This document shows, one piece after another, positions 56,619 to 64,000 of a DNA stretch of 64,000 bases (within the stretch, counting starts at the first letter, position 1; each line of letters starts with the position of its first letter). The position numbers and the translations under genes are program-made. Origin of the DNA: a virus; the IMG/VR virus record IMGVR_UViG_3300035661_000010; one strand, written 5' to 3'. Below the pieces are notes generated by a model, which made no database searches, was not told the origin of the DNA, and saw only the letters and a list, made by a program, of their open reading frames with translations.

Positions 56619-56866
56619 TGGCCCCGTTCAAAGATACCGGGTCCAAGACCGGCCTCGTACTCGACAGCTCGCTCGCGGAGTATGTCTCGGCCGAAGAGCA
56701 CTTCGGACACGCCAACTATGCTCGCTGGGTCAGCACGTACCACGAGCTGAAGGGGCATGCGGTTCAGCATCGTCTTGCAGGTGACATCACAGAAGCCGTG
56801 AAGTACGAAGCTCAGTGTGATGAGATCGCCAAGACGATCGAAGAGTACGAGAACAACAACCAGTAG
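56618..56866 (+). CDS. Hypothetical protein
   Basis: TAATG overlap, SD GGAGG. Confidence 0.5.
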   Translation: MAPFKDTGSKTGLVLDSSLAEYVSAEEHFGHANYARWVSTYHELKGHAVQHRLAGDITEAVKYEAQCDEIAKTIEEYENNNQ

Positions 56867-56879
56867 CGGGGCGGGAAAC

Positions 56880-57122
56880 ATGTACATCACGAAGGGAACA
56901 TCGGCCGGAGCGTTGCAGCAGATCCTCAAGGACAGTGGCGTCAAGGAGATGCGCGTCAGGGTCCGAGAGGGTCACTGGCACGTCTCCATGAGCGAGAGCG
57001 GTGCAGCATTCTTGAGCGCAACGAGCGCCGATCTGATCGAAGCAGCCAACAAGGCCCTGAAGTTGGTGCTGCCTGTTGCGGAGGACGAGGATGCACAGTT
57101 GGTACGCGCAATGAACTGGTAG
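56880..57122 (+). CDS. Hypothetical protein
   Basis: ATG 56880; ORF packing. Confidence 0.45.
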   Translation: MYITKGTSAGALQQILKDSGVKEMRVRVREGHWHVSMSESGAAFLSATSADLIEAANKALKLVLPVAEDEDAQLVRAMNW

Positions 57123-57136
57123 AAAGGACGTGGACG

Positions 57137-57358
57137 ATGAGCGAAGATGACAAGAAGCGTAAGTGTGGACTGGCACCGAACCTCGAACACGGTCACGATC
57201 ACTGCCCGGTCGCGAAGTCGATCGCGCAGGCTCTGATCGGAGAGCGTGAGCTCGTTTCGAACTCAACGAGCTCGGGACCAGCGAAGGTCAACTTGGAGGC
57301 GTACCGTACGAACTTCGAGACCATCTTCGGAGCGAAGCAGAAAGTCTGGACGTCCTGA
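57137..57358 (+). CDS. Small conserved phage protein
   Basis: GAAAGGACGTGGACG-ATG; SGPAKV..EAYRTNFETIFG motif. Confidence 0.55.
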   Translation: MSEDDKKRKCGLAPNLEHGHDHCPVAKSIAQALIGERELVSNSTSSGPAKVNLEAYRTNFETIFGAKQKVWTS

Positions 57359-57384
57359 CGGGCGACAACTACGGCGGCAGGACC

Positions 57385-58074
57385 GTGCCTGGACGCGAGT
57401 CGATCTACGGAGAGACGAGCGTTGGTGCATACGATCACGAAATCATCAAAGGACTTCGAGAGGAGAAGAAGGACATGGGCGGACGACTCGAAGGATGCAA
57501 CGCGGGGTTCTCGCGTACGGAAGCGAAGGAGGTCGCGGACGCTGTCGAGGCGATCCTGGCCAAGTTCGAAGCATGCGAGACCGTGATCATGGCGGGCTCG
57601 TACCGGAGGTCCAGGCCAATGGTGAACGATCTCGATCTCGTCGTGGTCATCACGAACCTGAAGCACGAGAAGGGCCTCGCGGAAGCGATGAAGACCTTCG
57701 GCATCGAGGGATGGAGTGACAAACGAACGAACGCCTCGATCGCCTGGGGCTTGTCGGACAAGAAGCGGAAGATGCAGGTCGACTTCTTCGTCGTCCGAAG
57801 CCCAGCATCACTGTCTGCTGAGATCATGTGCTGGACCGGGCCTTTTGAGGCGAACATTGCCATGCGAATGCGCGCCAGGAAAATGGGTCTCAAGCTTTCG
57901 CAGCGAGGCCTGTCGAAGGATGGCAACATGTTGTCGTTGCGATCAGAAGAGGAGATCTACAAGAAGCTCGGGTTGCCGTTCATTCCGCCAGAGAAACGTG
58001 ACGACTTCACTAGCGAACGAGCATTTGACGAGCTGGTGGAGCAAGTCAAGTCCGGCTCGTATGACGCTGGGTAA
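57385..58074 (+). CDS. Minimal DNA polymerase X family protein (palm plus thumb)
   Basis: AGSYRR...DLDLVV, QVDFF, WTG...N..MR..A...GLKLSQRGL, SEEEIY..LGLPFIPPEKR; start uncertain (57385 or 57475). Confidence 0.85.
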   Translation: MPGRESIYGETSVGAYDHEIIKGLREEKKDMGGRLEGCNAGFSRTEAKEVADAVEAILAKFEACETVIMAGSYRRSRPMVNDLDLVVVITNLKHEKGLAEAMKTFGIEGWSDKRTNASIAWGLSDKKRKMQVDFFVVRSPASLSAEIMCWTGPFEANIAMRMRARKMGLKLSQRGLSKDGNMLSLRSEEEIYKKLGLPFIPPEKRDDFTSERAFDELVEQVKSGSYDAG

Positions 58075-58201
58075 GTCGAAGCTTTGCGCGATCTGTCATC
58101 GCGCCCATCACAGTCAGAGCTACTGATCATATGGGTGGTCCCACGGAGCCACCTTGGTACTCTCTTTCTCTCACCTCAATTCAACGACAAGGAGCAAGGA
58201 C

Positions 58202-58426
58202 ATGGACGACGATGACAAGGCGACGTGCATCGAAGAAGGCAGCAACTGCAAGGGACCGGTCGAGTTCCACTCGTACGGAGGACGCATGAAAGCGTTCCCG
58301 CGGTGCGAGGCTCACCACGAGACGCGGCTCGCGGCCGAGCGTGGCATCCAGGAGAGGTACCCGGTGCACGCTCCGTCTGACTTCAGCGGGTCGGACGCGG
58401 GCGAACAGTGGGAAGAGGATCTCTGA
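58202..58426 (+). CDS. Small Cys-containing hypothetical protein
   Basis: SD AAGGAG; C...CKGPVE...FPRC..H...DAGE.W. Confidence 0.55.
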   Translation: MDDDDKATCIEEGSNCKGPVEFHSYGGRMKAFPRCEAHHETRLAAERGIQERYPVHAPSDFSGSDAGEQWEEDL

Positions 58427-58433
58427 GGCGACC

Positions 58434-58853
58434 GTGAAGCACGATCGGCTGTCTCCCTGTAAGAGCTGTCCGTATCGGAAGGACGCGAAGCTCGGCTTCT
58501 GGGACAAGGAACACTTCGTCAAGCTGCTGGCCGATGATCGCGATCCGATGCATGGAGCGATGTATCAGTGCCACGAAGACGGGAAGAAGCCGGACAAGGA
58601 TCGTGACTTCTGCATCGGTTGGTTGCTGAGCCAACAGGAAAGAGGCACGCCGTCGATTCAGCTTCGCTTGAAGCTGATGAGCGACCAGGAGGCTTGTAAT
58701 CAGTACAAGTCGATCACGAACAACGGGTTGGAGATGTACGAGTCGATTGTCGACATGTGCGATTCCAACCTGGAAGCGACCCAGGACATGAAGAGCAAGG
58801 CCAAGAAGACGAGGAGCAGGACATGCAAGAGCAAAAAGGACGTGGCGCGCTGA
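58434..58853 (+). CDS. DUF6283-like zinc-binding protein
   Basis: PCKSCPYRKD...QCHE...FCIGWL. Confidence 0.55.
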   Translation: MKHDRLSPCKSCPYRKDAKLGFWDKEHFVKLLADDRDPMHGAMYQCHEDGKKPDKDRDFCIGWLLSQQERGTPSIQLRLKLMSDQEACNQYKSITNNGLEMYESIVDMCDSNLEATQDMKSKAKKTRSRTCKSKKDVAR

Positions 58854-59581
58854 CGACGAGACTTGGTGACATGGTGAAGCTCCCGGAGCTCGCCACCGTC
58901 GTCAACGACAAGAAGGACATGAGCCGTGTGGTTGACACGGCAACCCGCGCCAGGAAGAAGGCAAATAGTCAGGATGAGGTCCTGACGGTGAAGCTCGGCG
59001 ACGTCGTAAGTCTGACGGTTCCGAACACTGGCGCGTCGCTCGAACCGGCCATCACGGCGCTGAAGCAGATCATCGCGTCGTGGAAGCGCAAGGTTCGCCA
59101 AGCGCTCGCTCGGTCGGTGGAGAAGGCGAAGAAGGAGGCCGCCGAAGCGGAGGTGCTCGCCGAAGCGAACGAGACGGCTCGTCGTTCAGAGCGCGAAGCG
59201 CTCCAGGGCAAAGCGCAAGCGCTTGCGGAGATGGCAGTCGATCTGGAGACACGGACGGGCTGGATCTGGCAGGACGAGGTCGAGGACTTGCTCACTCCCG
59301 CCGAACGCGTTTTCATCGGTCAAGCCATCGAGAACGGCGATTGGGTTGGTGGCTACTGGCGTGGAGACTACGAGACCAGGTCGACCTACAAGGCCAAGGA
59401 GAAGGTCGATCGTCGGTACGTCGACTACGAGCTGATCGATTCGCTCGCGGCTCGCAAGATGTTCGAGATCGAGAGCGAGACCGAGAACCTCAGCGCGAAG
59501 GATCTGAAACGCGTCGTCGAGGAGTACGTTGCCGAGCTGACCATCGGTCGCAAGAGAGACGTGAAGGACGACGATGAATGA
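58823..59581 (+). CDS. Hypothetical coiled-coil protein
   Basis: Long ORF; start uncertain (58823-58871). Confidence 0.55.
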   Translation: MQEQKGRGALTTRLGDMVKLPELATVVNDKKDMSRVVDTATRARKKANSQDEVLTVKLGDVVSLTVPNTGASLEPAITALKQIIASWKRKVRQALARSVEKAKKEAAEAEVLAEANETARRSEREALQGKAQALAEMAVDLETRTGWIWQDEVEDLLTPAERVFIGQAIENGDWVGGYWRGDYETRSTYKAKEKVDRRYVDYELIDSLAARKMFEIESETENLSAKDLKRVVEEYVAELTIGRKRDVKDDDE

Positions 59582-59766
59582 CCCAGCACGAAAAGGAACG
59601 GCTAACGCAGCTCCTGGATTCGACGCTATCCTGCGCCAAGTGGACGCTGGCGTACCGCGACCACGTGAAGGTGCCTGATGGTCACCCGACACGTGAAGCG
59701 CTCATGGGAACCATCGCGGAGCTGGAGTCAGCACTCCAGCACATGACCGAGAAAGAGAGTTCGTAG
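59578..59766 (+). CDS. Small hypothetical protein
   Basis: ATGA overlap. Confidence 0.45.
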   Translation: MTQHEKERLTQLLDSTLSCAKWTLAYRDHVKVPDGHPTREALMGTIAELESALQHMTEKESS

Positions 59767-59768
59767 TC

Positions 59769-60038
59769 ATGGCTGACAATCTGTTCGTGGGTAAGAGGGT
59801 CGTCGAGTTCATGTCGATGACGAAGCTGGAGGAGGAGGGCTGGAACAGCTATCGACCGAACGATCGCATCCCGGCCATCGCCTTCGATGATGGCTCCAAG
59901 ATCTACCCGTCGATGGACGATGAGGGGAACGGTCCCGGTGCACCCTTCGGCGTCGACCAGGCCGGCGCGACGGTTTGCTACCTCGGTCCGCCATCGGGTC
60001 AGCCCATCAAGCTGAACCCGAAGAAGGCGGTCGGCTGA
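59769..60038 (+). CDS. Conserved phage hypothetical protein
   Basis: E.EGW...DDG..IYPS.DDEGNGPGA motif. Confidence 0.55.
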   Translation: MADNLFVGKRVVEFMSMTKLEEEGWNSYRPNDRIPAIAFDDGSKIYPSMDDEGNGPGAPFGVDQAGATVCYLGPPSGQPIKLNPKKAVG

Positions 60039-60334
60039 TGCGTTACACGACTTCGCAGAAGCTCGCGGCCCTCAAGGAAGGGAAGGAGCTACCGGTCGAT
60101 CCGGGTCACATGCACGAGCCCGGAACGTATCTCGCCACGGATGAGAAGCTCGTTCGCGATCTGGCCATCGCGTATCAGTTCCGTGACGATCCGGACTACG
60201 CGTCCGTCTCGTGGGAGAACCAGGTGAAGGCGGCCAAGCACTTCAACGAGCACGGGCTCAACGACACGCTCGACCACATGCTGATGCTCGAACGTGAGAA
60301 CGAAGAGAGCAGGGCTCGACGGAGAGGGACCTGA
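60038..60334 (+). CDS. Hypothetical protein
   Basis: TGATG overlap. Confidence 0.5.
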   Translation: MRYTTSQKLAALKEGKELPVDPGHMHEPGTYLATDEKLVRDLAIAYQFRDDPDYASVSWENQVKAAKHFNEHGLNDTLDHMLMLERENEESRARRRGT

Positions 60335-60336
60335 CG

Positions 60337-60531
60337 ATGGTCGCGATCTCGATCTGGTTCAGGTCACAAGGAAAGAAGCCGGAGAAGGTAGACGAGGCTT
60401 CGTCCAGGAAGGAAGCGTCCATCCTGCTCCGCGAGTACAGGATGGCCTTTGGGGTGATGAACGGAGGTCATCGGGTCCAGAAGGACAAGATGTGGATGGG
60501 AAGAAGGAAGGACGAGCCGAATGATCCATGA
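60337..60531 (+). CDS. Small hypothetical protein
   Basis: E.VDE...KEA..LL.EYRMAFG motif. Confidence 0.5.
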   Translation: MVAISIWFRSQGKKPEKVDEASSRKEASILLREYRMAFGVMNGGHRVQKDKMWMGRRKDEPNDP

Positions 60532-60889
60532 CAAGCGCGTGTACCGGGTAGCGGATCGAGTCCATGGAGAGCTGTTCTCCACGCCTCACGAGCTTGCCCA
60601 GATCCTCGTGAACTACTCGTGGTGCATGTGCAACGGTTTCCGGCTCAAGCACCTCGTCTTTCTGAACGATGCGTTCTCGGCAGACGGCGCGCAGGAGTAC
60701 GCGGTCTTCGACGAGAGGACTGGAAGGCAGATCGAATCGCTTACGTGCTCCTGGATGACGGTCGTCGCCCTGGAAGAGACCATCGAGCAGTTGCTTGCGG
60801 AACCAGAAGGCAGCGAGTGTGGCGTCGGAATGAAGTCGAAGATGCCAAGTTTCGATCATCCGGAAGGGAGCTGTCACCACTGTGCCTGA
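60521..60889 (+). CDS. Conserved phage hypothetical protein
   Basis: WC.CNGF...FLND..S.DGAQEYAV...QIESLT.SW. Confidence 0.55.
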   Translation: MIHDKRVYRVADRVHGELFSTPHELAQILVNYSWCMCNGFRLKHLVFLNDAFSADGAQEYAVFDERTGRQIESLTCSWMTVVALEETIEQLLAEPEGSECGVGMKSKMPSFDHPEGSCHHCA

Positions 60890-61256
60890 TCTAGAAACCA
60901 GGCTCGATAGGGCCATGCGTCCACTCCAGTGGAAGTTCTGGACCACGTGCGTCGAAAGCGATGGTCCATCCATCAACGACATGCAGCGCGCAGCGAAGAG
61001 CGTCAGCTACAGCACGCTGCGCAGGGTCCTTGGCGACGAGCTCGTCAAGGTCGAGAAGAAGCTCGGGTACGACACGGGCCGGTCGAAAGAGACCGGCTTG
61101 CGCATGAAGAACGACTGGGCGGTCTCGTGCTTCAAGAGCATGTACAGGGGGATGCCCTGCTACTACTTCGTGTGGTCGCACATTGAGCACATCTTCGTTC
61201 AGGGCAGGGAAGTCTGGGGAACAAGAAACAAGGAGGAAGGTCATGGACACGTGTGA
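60882..61256 (+). CDS. Conserved phage hypothetical protein
   Basis: DWAV...KS.YRG.PCYY.VWS.IEHIF. Confidence 0.55.
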   Translation: MPDLETRLDRAMRPLQWKFWTTCVESDGPSINDMQRAAKSVSYSTLRRVLGDELVKVEKKLGYDTGRSKETGLRMKNDWAVSCFKSMYRGMPCYYFVWSHIEHIFVQGREVWGTRNKEEGHGHV

Positions 61257-61647
61257 GAGAGAGATCGAGAGCGTCGTGAGCGCGGTCACCGGCGGACAGA
61301 TGATCAGTGGCTACGGTGGTGGGCCAAGCAAGTCCAGGTTCCACCAGGAAGCGATGGTGATCGCGAAAGTGATTGCCAAGAAGCTCGGCCTGTCGCCCAA
61401 GGACTTCAACATTCGCTCGAACAAGGCGGGTCCGGCTGTATGCGGCGAGGTCGTTCTCCACACGATCAACGTGTACGTGCAGTTCAGTCAGTTCTACTGC
61501 GGGCCCGATCAGCCCGGCATCTTGTACCGCATGTGCAATGGCCTCCGCGACTACAGTGGCGGCATGAACCAGTACTGGAAGTGGGACAAGCTCAAGGACC
61601 TCGACGCGTTTGTGTCGAGACTGAAGACGATCTCGGAAAAGAGTTGA
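61243..61647 (+). CDS. Conserved phage hypothetical protein
   Basis: IRSNKAGPAV.GEV.LH...ILYR.C....DY.GG.N. Confidence 0.55.
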   Translation: MDTCEREIESVVSAVTGGQMISGYGGGPSKSRFHQEAMVIAKVIAKKLGLSPKDFNIRSNKAGPAVCGEVVLHTINVYVQFSQFYCGPDQPGILYRMCNGLRDYSGGMNQYWKWDKLKDLDAFVSRLKTISEKS

Positions 61648-61651
61648 CCAC

Positions 61652-62263
61652 ATGGGCAACCTGAAAGGATTCCAGGTTCGACTTTCGGCCGCCACGAAAA
61701 AAGATGTGAGGCTGTTCTACTCTAGAGGCATGCCTCTAGCTGAGATCCGGGAGCAGTTTGGAATCAGTCAACGACAGCTGATGTACATCGTGGAAGGGTT
61801 AGCTCTGAAACGAGACAACTGGATCTGGAGTGCAGCTGTCGCGCGCTTGCGACTTTGTTCTGATTTGCAGCTCGGATGGATAGCCGGGATCGTCGATGGT
61901 GAGGGTTGGATTGGATTGAACTCGTCAACATCCAGCAAGACCTATGTAGACGTAAGGATTGCTGTGACATCGACAACCGTTGCAATGCAGAACGCGCTTT
62001 TGAAACTGACTGGCCTTGGAACGGTTCACGATCAGAAGCCAGCCAAGCCGAATCATCGACCTCAGTTTACGTGGCGAGTTCAGTCTGCACTAAACGTCGG
62101 AGCGTTTCTTGAGGTTGTGTCTCCGTATCTCTTGATCAAGAGAGCGGTCGCAAAGGTCGTGCTGGATGTTTGCGTCAAGCGAATACGACCGCACGAAGGT
62201 CCGGTAAATGTGAGTGACGTTCGAACTAAGGTTCGAGCTTTGAACAAAAAGGGACGACCATGA
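61652..62263 (+). mobile_element. Free-standing LAGLIDADG homing endonuclease with N-terminal HTH
   Basis: LGWIAGIVDGEGWIGL; PYLLIKR; visibly more AT-rich codons than its neighbours. Confidence 0.8.
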
Positions 62264-63864
62264 CGACGAAGAGCAAGGCTCGTGGCAAGAAAAAGATGTC
62301 TGTTGAAACGGTGGAGTTGACCGTATCGGTTGATTACGTGTCGAATTGGTCGACACGTCATGGGGTTAGAGAAATCTTTCAGAATGCGATCGATGCCGAG
62401 AAGGTCATGGGAAACCGGATGGAGGTCGTCTACGAAAGAGACCTCCTTCGACTGCGTATCGTCACGCACGACGCGAAGCTGGAGATGAAGACGCTCCTCC
62501 TGGGCGTAAGCGAGAAGGGTGGCGAGGGTGCCATCGGTCGGTATGGCGAAGGCTACAAGGTCGGCGTGCTCGCCATGATCCGCGACGGCAAGCGGGTCGA
62601 GATCAGGACCGGCACGCAGCTCTGGAAGCCGAGGCTCGATCGTTCGGCATCGTTCGGCGTTCCCACGCTCCACTTCGACATCGAGAGCGGCCACGACGAC
62701 TTCAGTGGCATCGAGGTCTGCATTCACGGCATCATGCAGAAGGAGTGGGACGAGTACCGTCTCATGTTCAGGCACACCTCGGACTGGAGCGACTCGATCC
62801 TGACGAAGCTCCTTCCGTACTGGGAGGGCGACCCGCGGAGAGATGAATGCCGCGTCTTGCTCGGCGAGGAGCAGAAGGGACGTCTCTACGTCGGCGGCAT
62901 CTTCGTCACCATGGACGAGGAGCTGGAGCACGGGTACGACCTGCCGCCCGAATCTTTCTGCCTCGACCGCGATCGCGACGTGATCCGCCGGCACGAGCTC
63001 GACGCGTGCATGGGGACGTTCTGGCAGTCCGTCTTCGTCGATGCCTGGGAAGCCAAGGACTCGGTGCGCATGTCGTTCGTCGTCGACAAGATCAAGAACG
63101 ACGACCGCGACGCGCAGTCGATCAAGACCGGCTCCATCCGAAGCCAGTTCCATCGCGCACTGGTCGCCTGGATCCGTCAGCAGCACGGTGAGAACGTCTA
63201 CCCGGTTCCCGACACCTCAACGGCGCACCAGGCCAAGGAGGCTGGTGTCGTAGCGACCGTCATCCCGGCCAAGGTCCACGCGCTCGTCTCGAACCAGTTC
63301 CCGTCGCTGGCGGACCTGAGGAAGCGTCGCGAGAGCGAGGTCGTACGATCGTGGTCGGTCGATACGCTCGAGAAGACGGACAACGTCACGCTTCGCTGGG
63401 CGTGGGACATGGTCGTGAAGGCGGGCAAGAAGCGGCTCACGTGGCTCGAGCCCAAGAATCTACCGATGCCACAGATCGCTGAGTTTCGCAGCGAGAACGT
63501 CGAAGGCGTCAACGCAGGCGGCCTGATCTTCGTGAAGAAGGACATGCTCAAGCAGAAGGGTCGGCTCATCGTGACCCTGGTGCATGAGTACATCCATCAG
63601 GTGACAGGCAAGCACGACGAGGCGATGCTGTCCTTGAGCGAGCAGATCTACGAGGAGATCATCGGAGACATGGTGAGCGACGTCGACCACGACGCCGTTG
63701 CCTGCGATGCAGCGGAGACGGAGGAGTTGACGGAGAAGACGACGGTCGATCGTGCCAAGACCACGTTCATCCAGCCGGAGTCCGGATCGTGCGTACCTGG
63801 TTCCGATCCTGGAACGAACATGGATCCGATCGAGAGCAAGGACGACTCGGAGATTCCGTTCTGA
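62260..63864 (+). CDS. GHKL/HATPase-type ATPase fused to a C-terminal HEXXH metallopeptidase-like domain
   Basis: REIFQNAID, G.SEK...IGRYGEGYK.G; LDRDR; TLVHEYIHQ. Confidence 0.75.
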   Translation: MTTKSKARGKKKMSVETVELTVSVDYVSNWSTRHGVREIFQNAIDAEKVMGNRMEVVYERDLLRLRIVTHDAKLEMKTLLLGVSEKGGEGAIGRYGEGYKVGVLAMIRDGKRVEIRTGTQLWKPRLDRSASFGVPTLHFDIESGHDDFSGIEVCIHGIMQKEWDEYRLMFRHTSDWSDSILTKLLPYWEGDPRRDECRVLLGEEQKGRLYVGGIFVTMDEELEHGYDLPPESFCLDRDRDVIRRHELDACMGTFWQSVFVDAWEAKDSVRMSFVVDKIKNDDRDAQSIKTGSIRSQFHRALVAWIRQQHGENVYPVPDTSTAHQAKEAGVVATVIPAKVHALVSNQFPSLADLRKRRESEVVRSWSVDTLEKTDNVTLRWAWDMVVKAGKKRLTWLEPKNLPMPQIAEFRSENVEGVNAGGLIFVKKDMLKQKGRLIVTLVHEYIHQVTGKHDEAMLSLSEQIYEEIIGDMVSDVDHDAVACDAAETEELTEKTTVDRAKTTFIQPESGSCVPGSDPGTNMDPIESKDDSEIPF

Positions 63865-63892
63865 TGGCTGCACCCACTGGCATGGCGCGATC

Positions 63893-64000
63893 ATGAACAC
63901 GATGGCCTACGGCGACGGACTTGATCACGTAAAGAACGACGACATCAAGCACTTTCATCGCATCGCGATGATGATGGCGTTCATGGACCGAGCCGACTGG
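63893..64000 (+). CDS. Partial hypothetical protein (runs off the window)
   Basis: ATG 63893, open to the end of the window. Confidence 0.35.
   Translation, partial: MNTMAYGDGLDHVKNDDIKHFHRIAMMMAFMDRADW

Noticed and set aside
61652-62263. LAGLIDADG as an intein or group I intron ORF
   Set aside because: It has its own start and stop between intact genes, with no intein terminal residues and no room for intron core structure

Overview
This window is a GC-rich, single-strand-oriented (all credible genes on +) segment of a large myovirus genome. Bases ~170-45,600 are the virion morphogenesis operon. The head module is T4-type: a gp21-like prohead protease fused to a scaffold, a gp23-like major capsid protein, and gp13/gp14-like neck and gp15-like tail terminator proteins. 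It is joined to a contractile tail resembling an extracellular contractile injection system (eCIS/Afp): sheath, two tubes, a chaperone with a -1 frameshift, tape measure, LysM, hub, spike, gp25, baseplate J, gpI, CIS-tube, and a 1416-aa LamG/repeat fibre. About a dozen non-structural-looking ORFs are interleaved among these genes. They include an Acb1-like 2H phosphoesterase, a Dps/ferritin and a C39-like peptidase, and they share N-termini ending in a hydrophobic-x-Glu site like T4 internal-protein targeting/cleavage signals. This suggests a packaged, injected counter-defence cargo and is the best candidate for an undescribed system. One ~90-100-aa beta-rich module is inserted in five different head and tail proteins. 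Bases ~45,600-48,600 hold membrane/lysis-type genes, including a probable u-spanin, and a deleted dCMP deaminase pseudogene. These are followed by a winged-helix gene flanked by phased TGCC repeats and a CACG-rich non-coding repeat region (~50,790-51,170). Bases ~51,300-64,000 are an early-type array of small ORFs with a recurring GAAAGGACGT start-associated motif and a palindromic operator-like motif, plus a minimal PolX, a LAGLIDADG endonuclease and a GHKL ATPase-HEXXH fusion. No portal, terminase, endolysin, tRNA, rRNA or CRISPR array was recognised. All family calls come from motif recognition by eye, not database searches.
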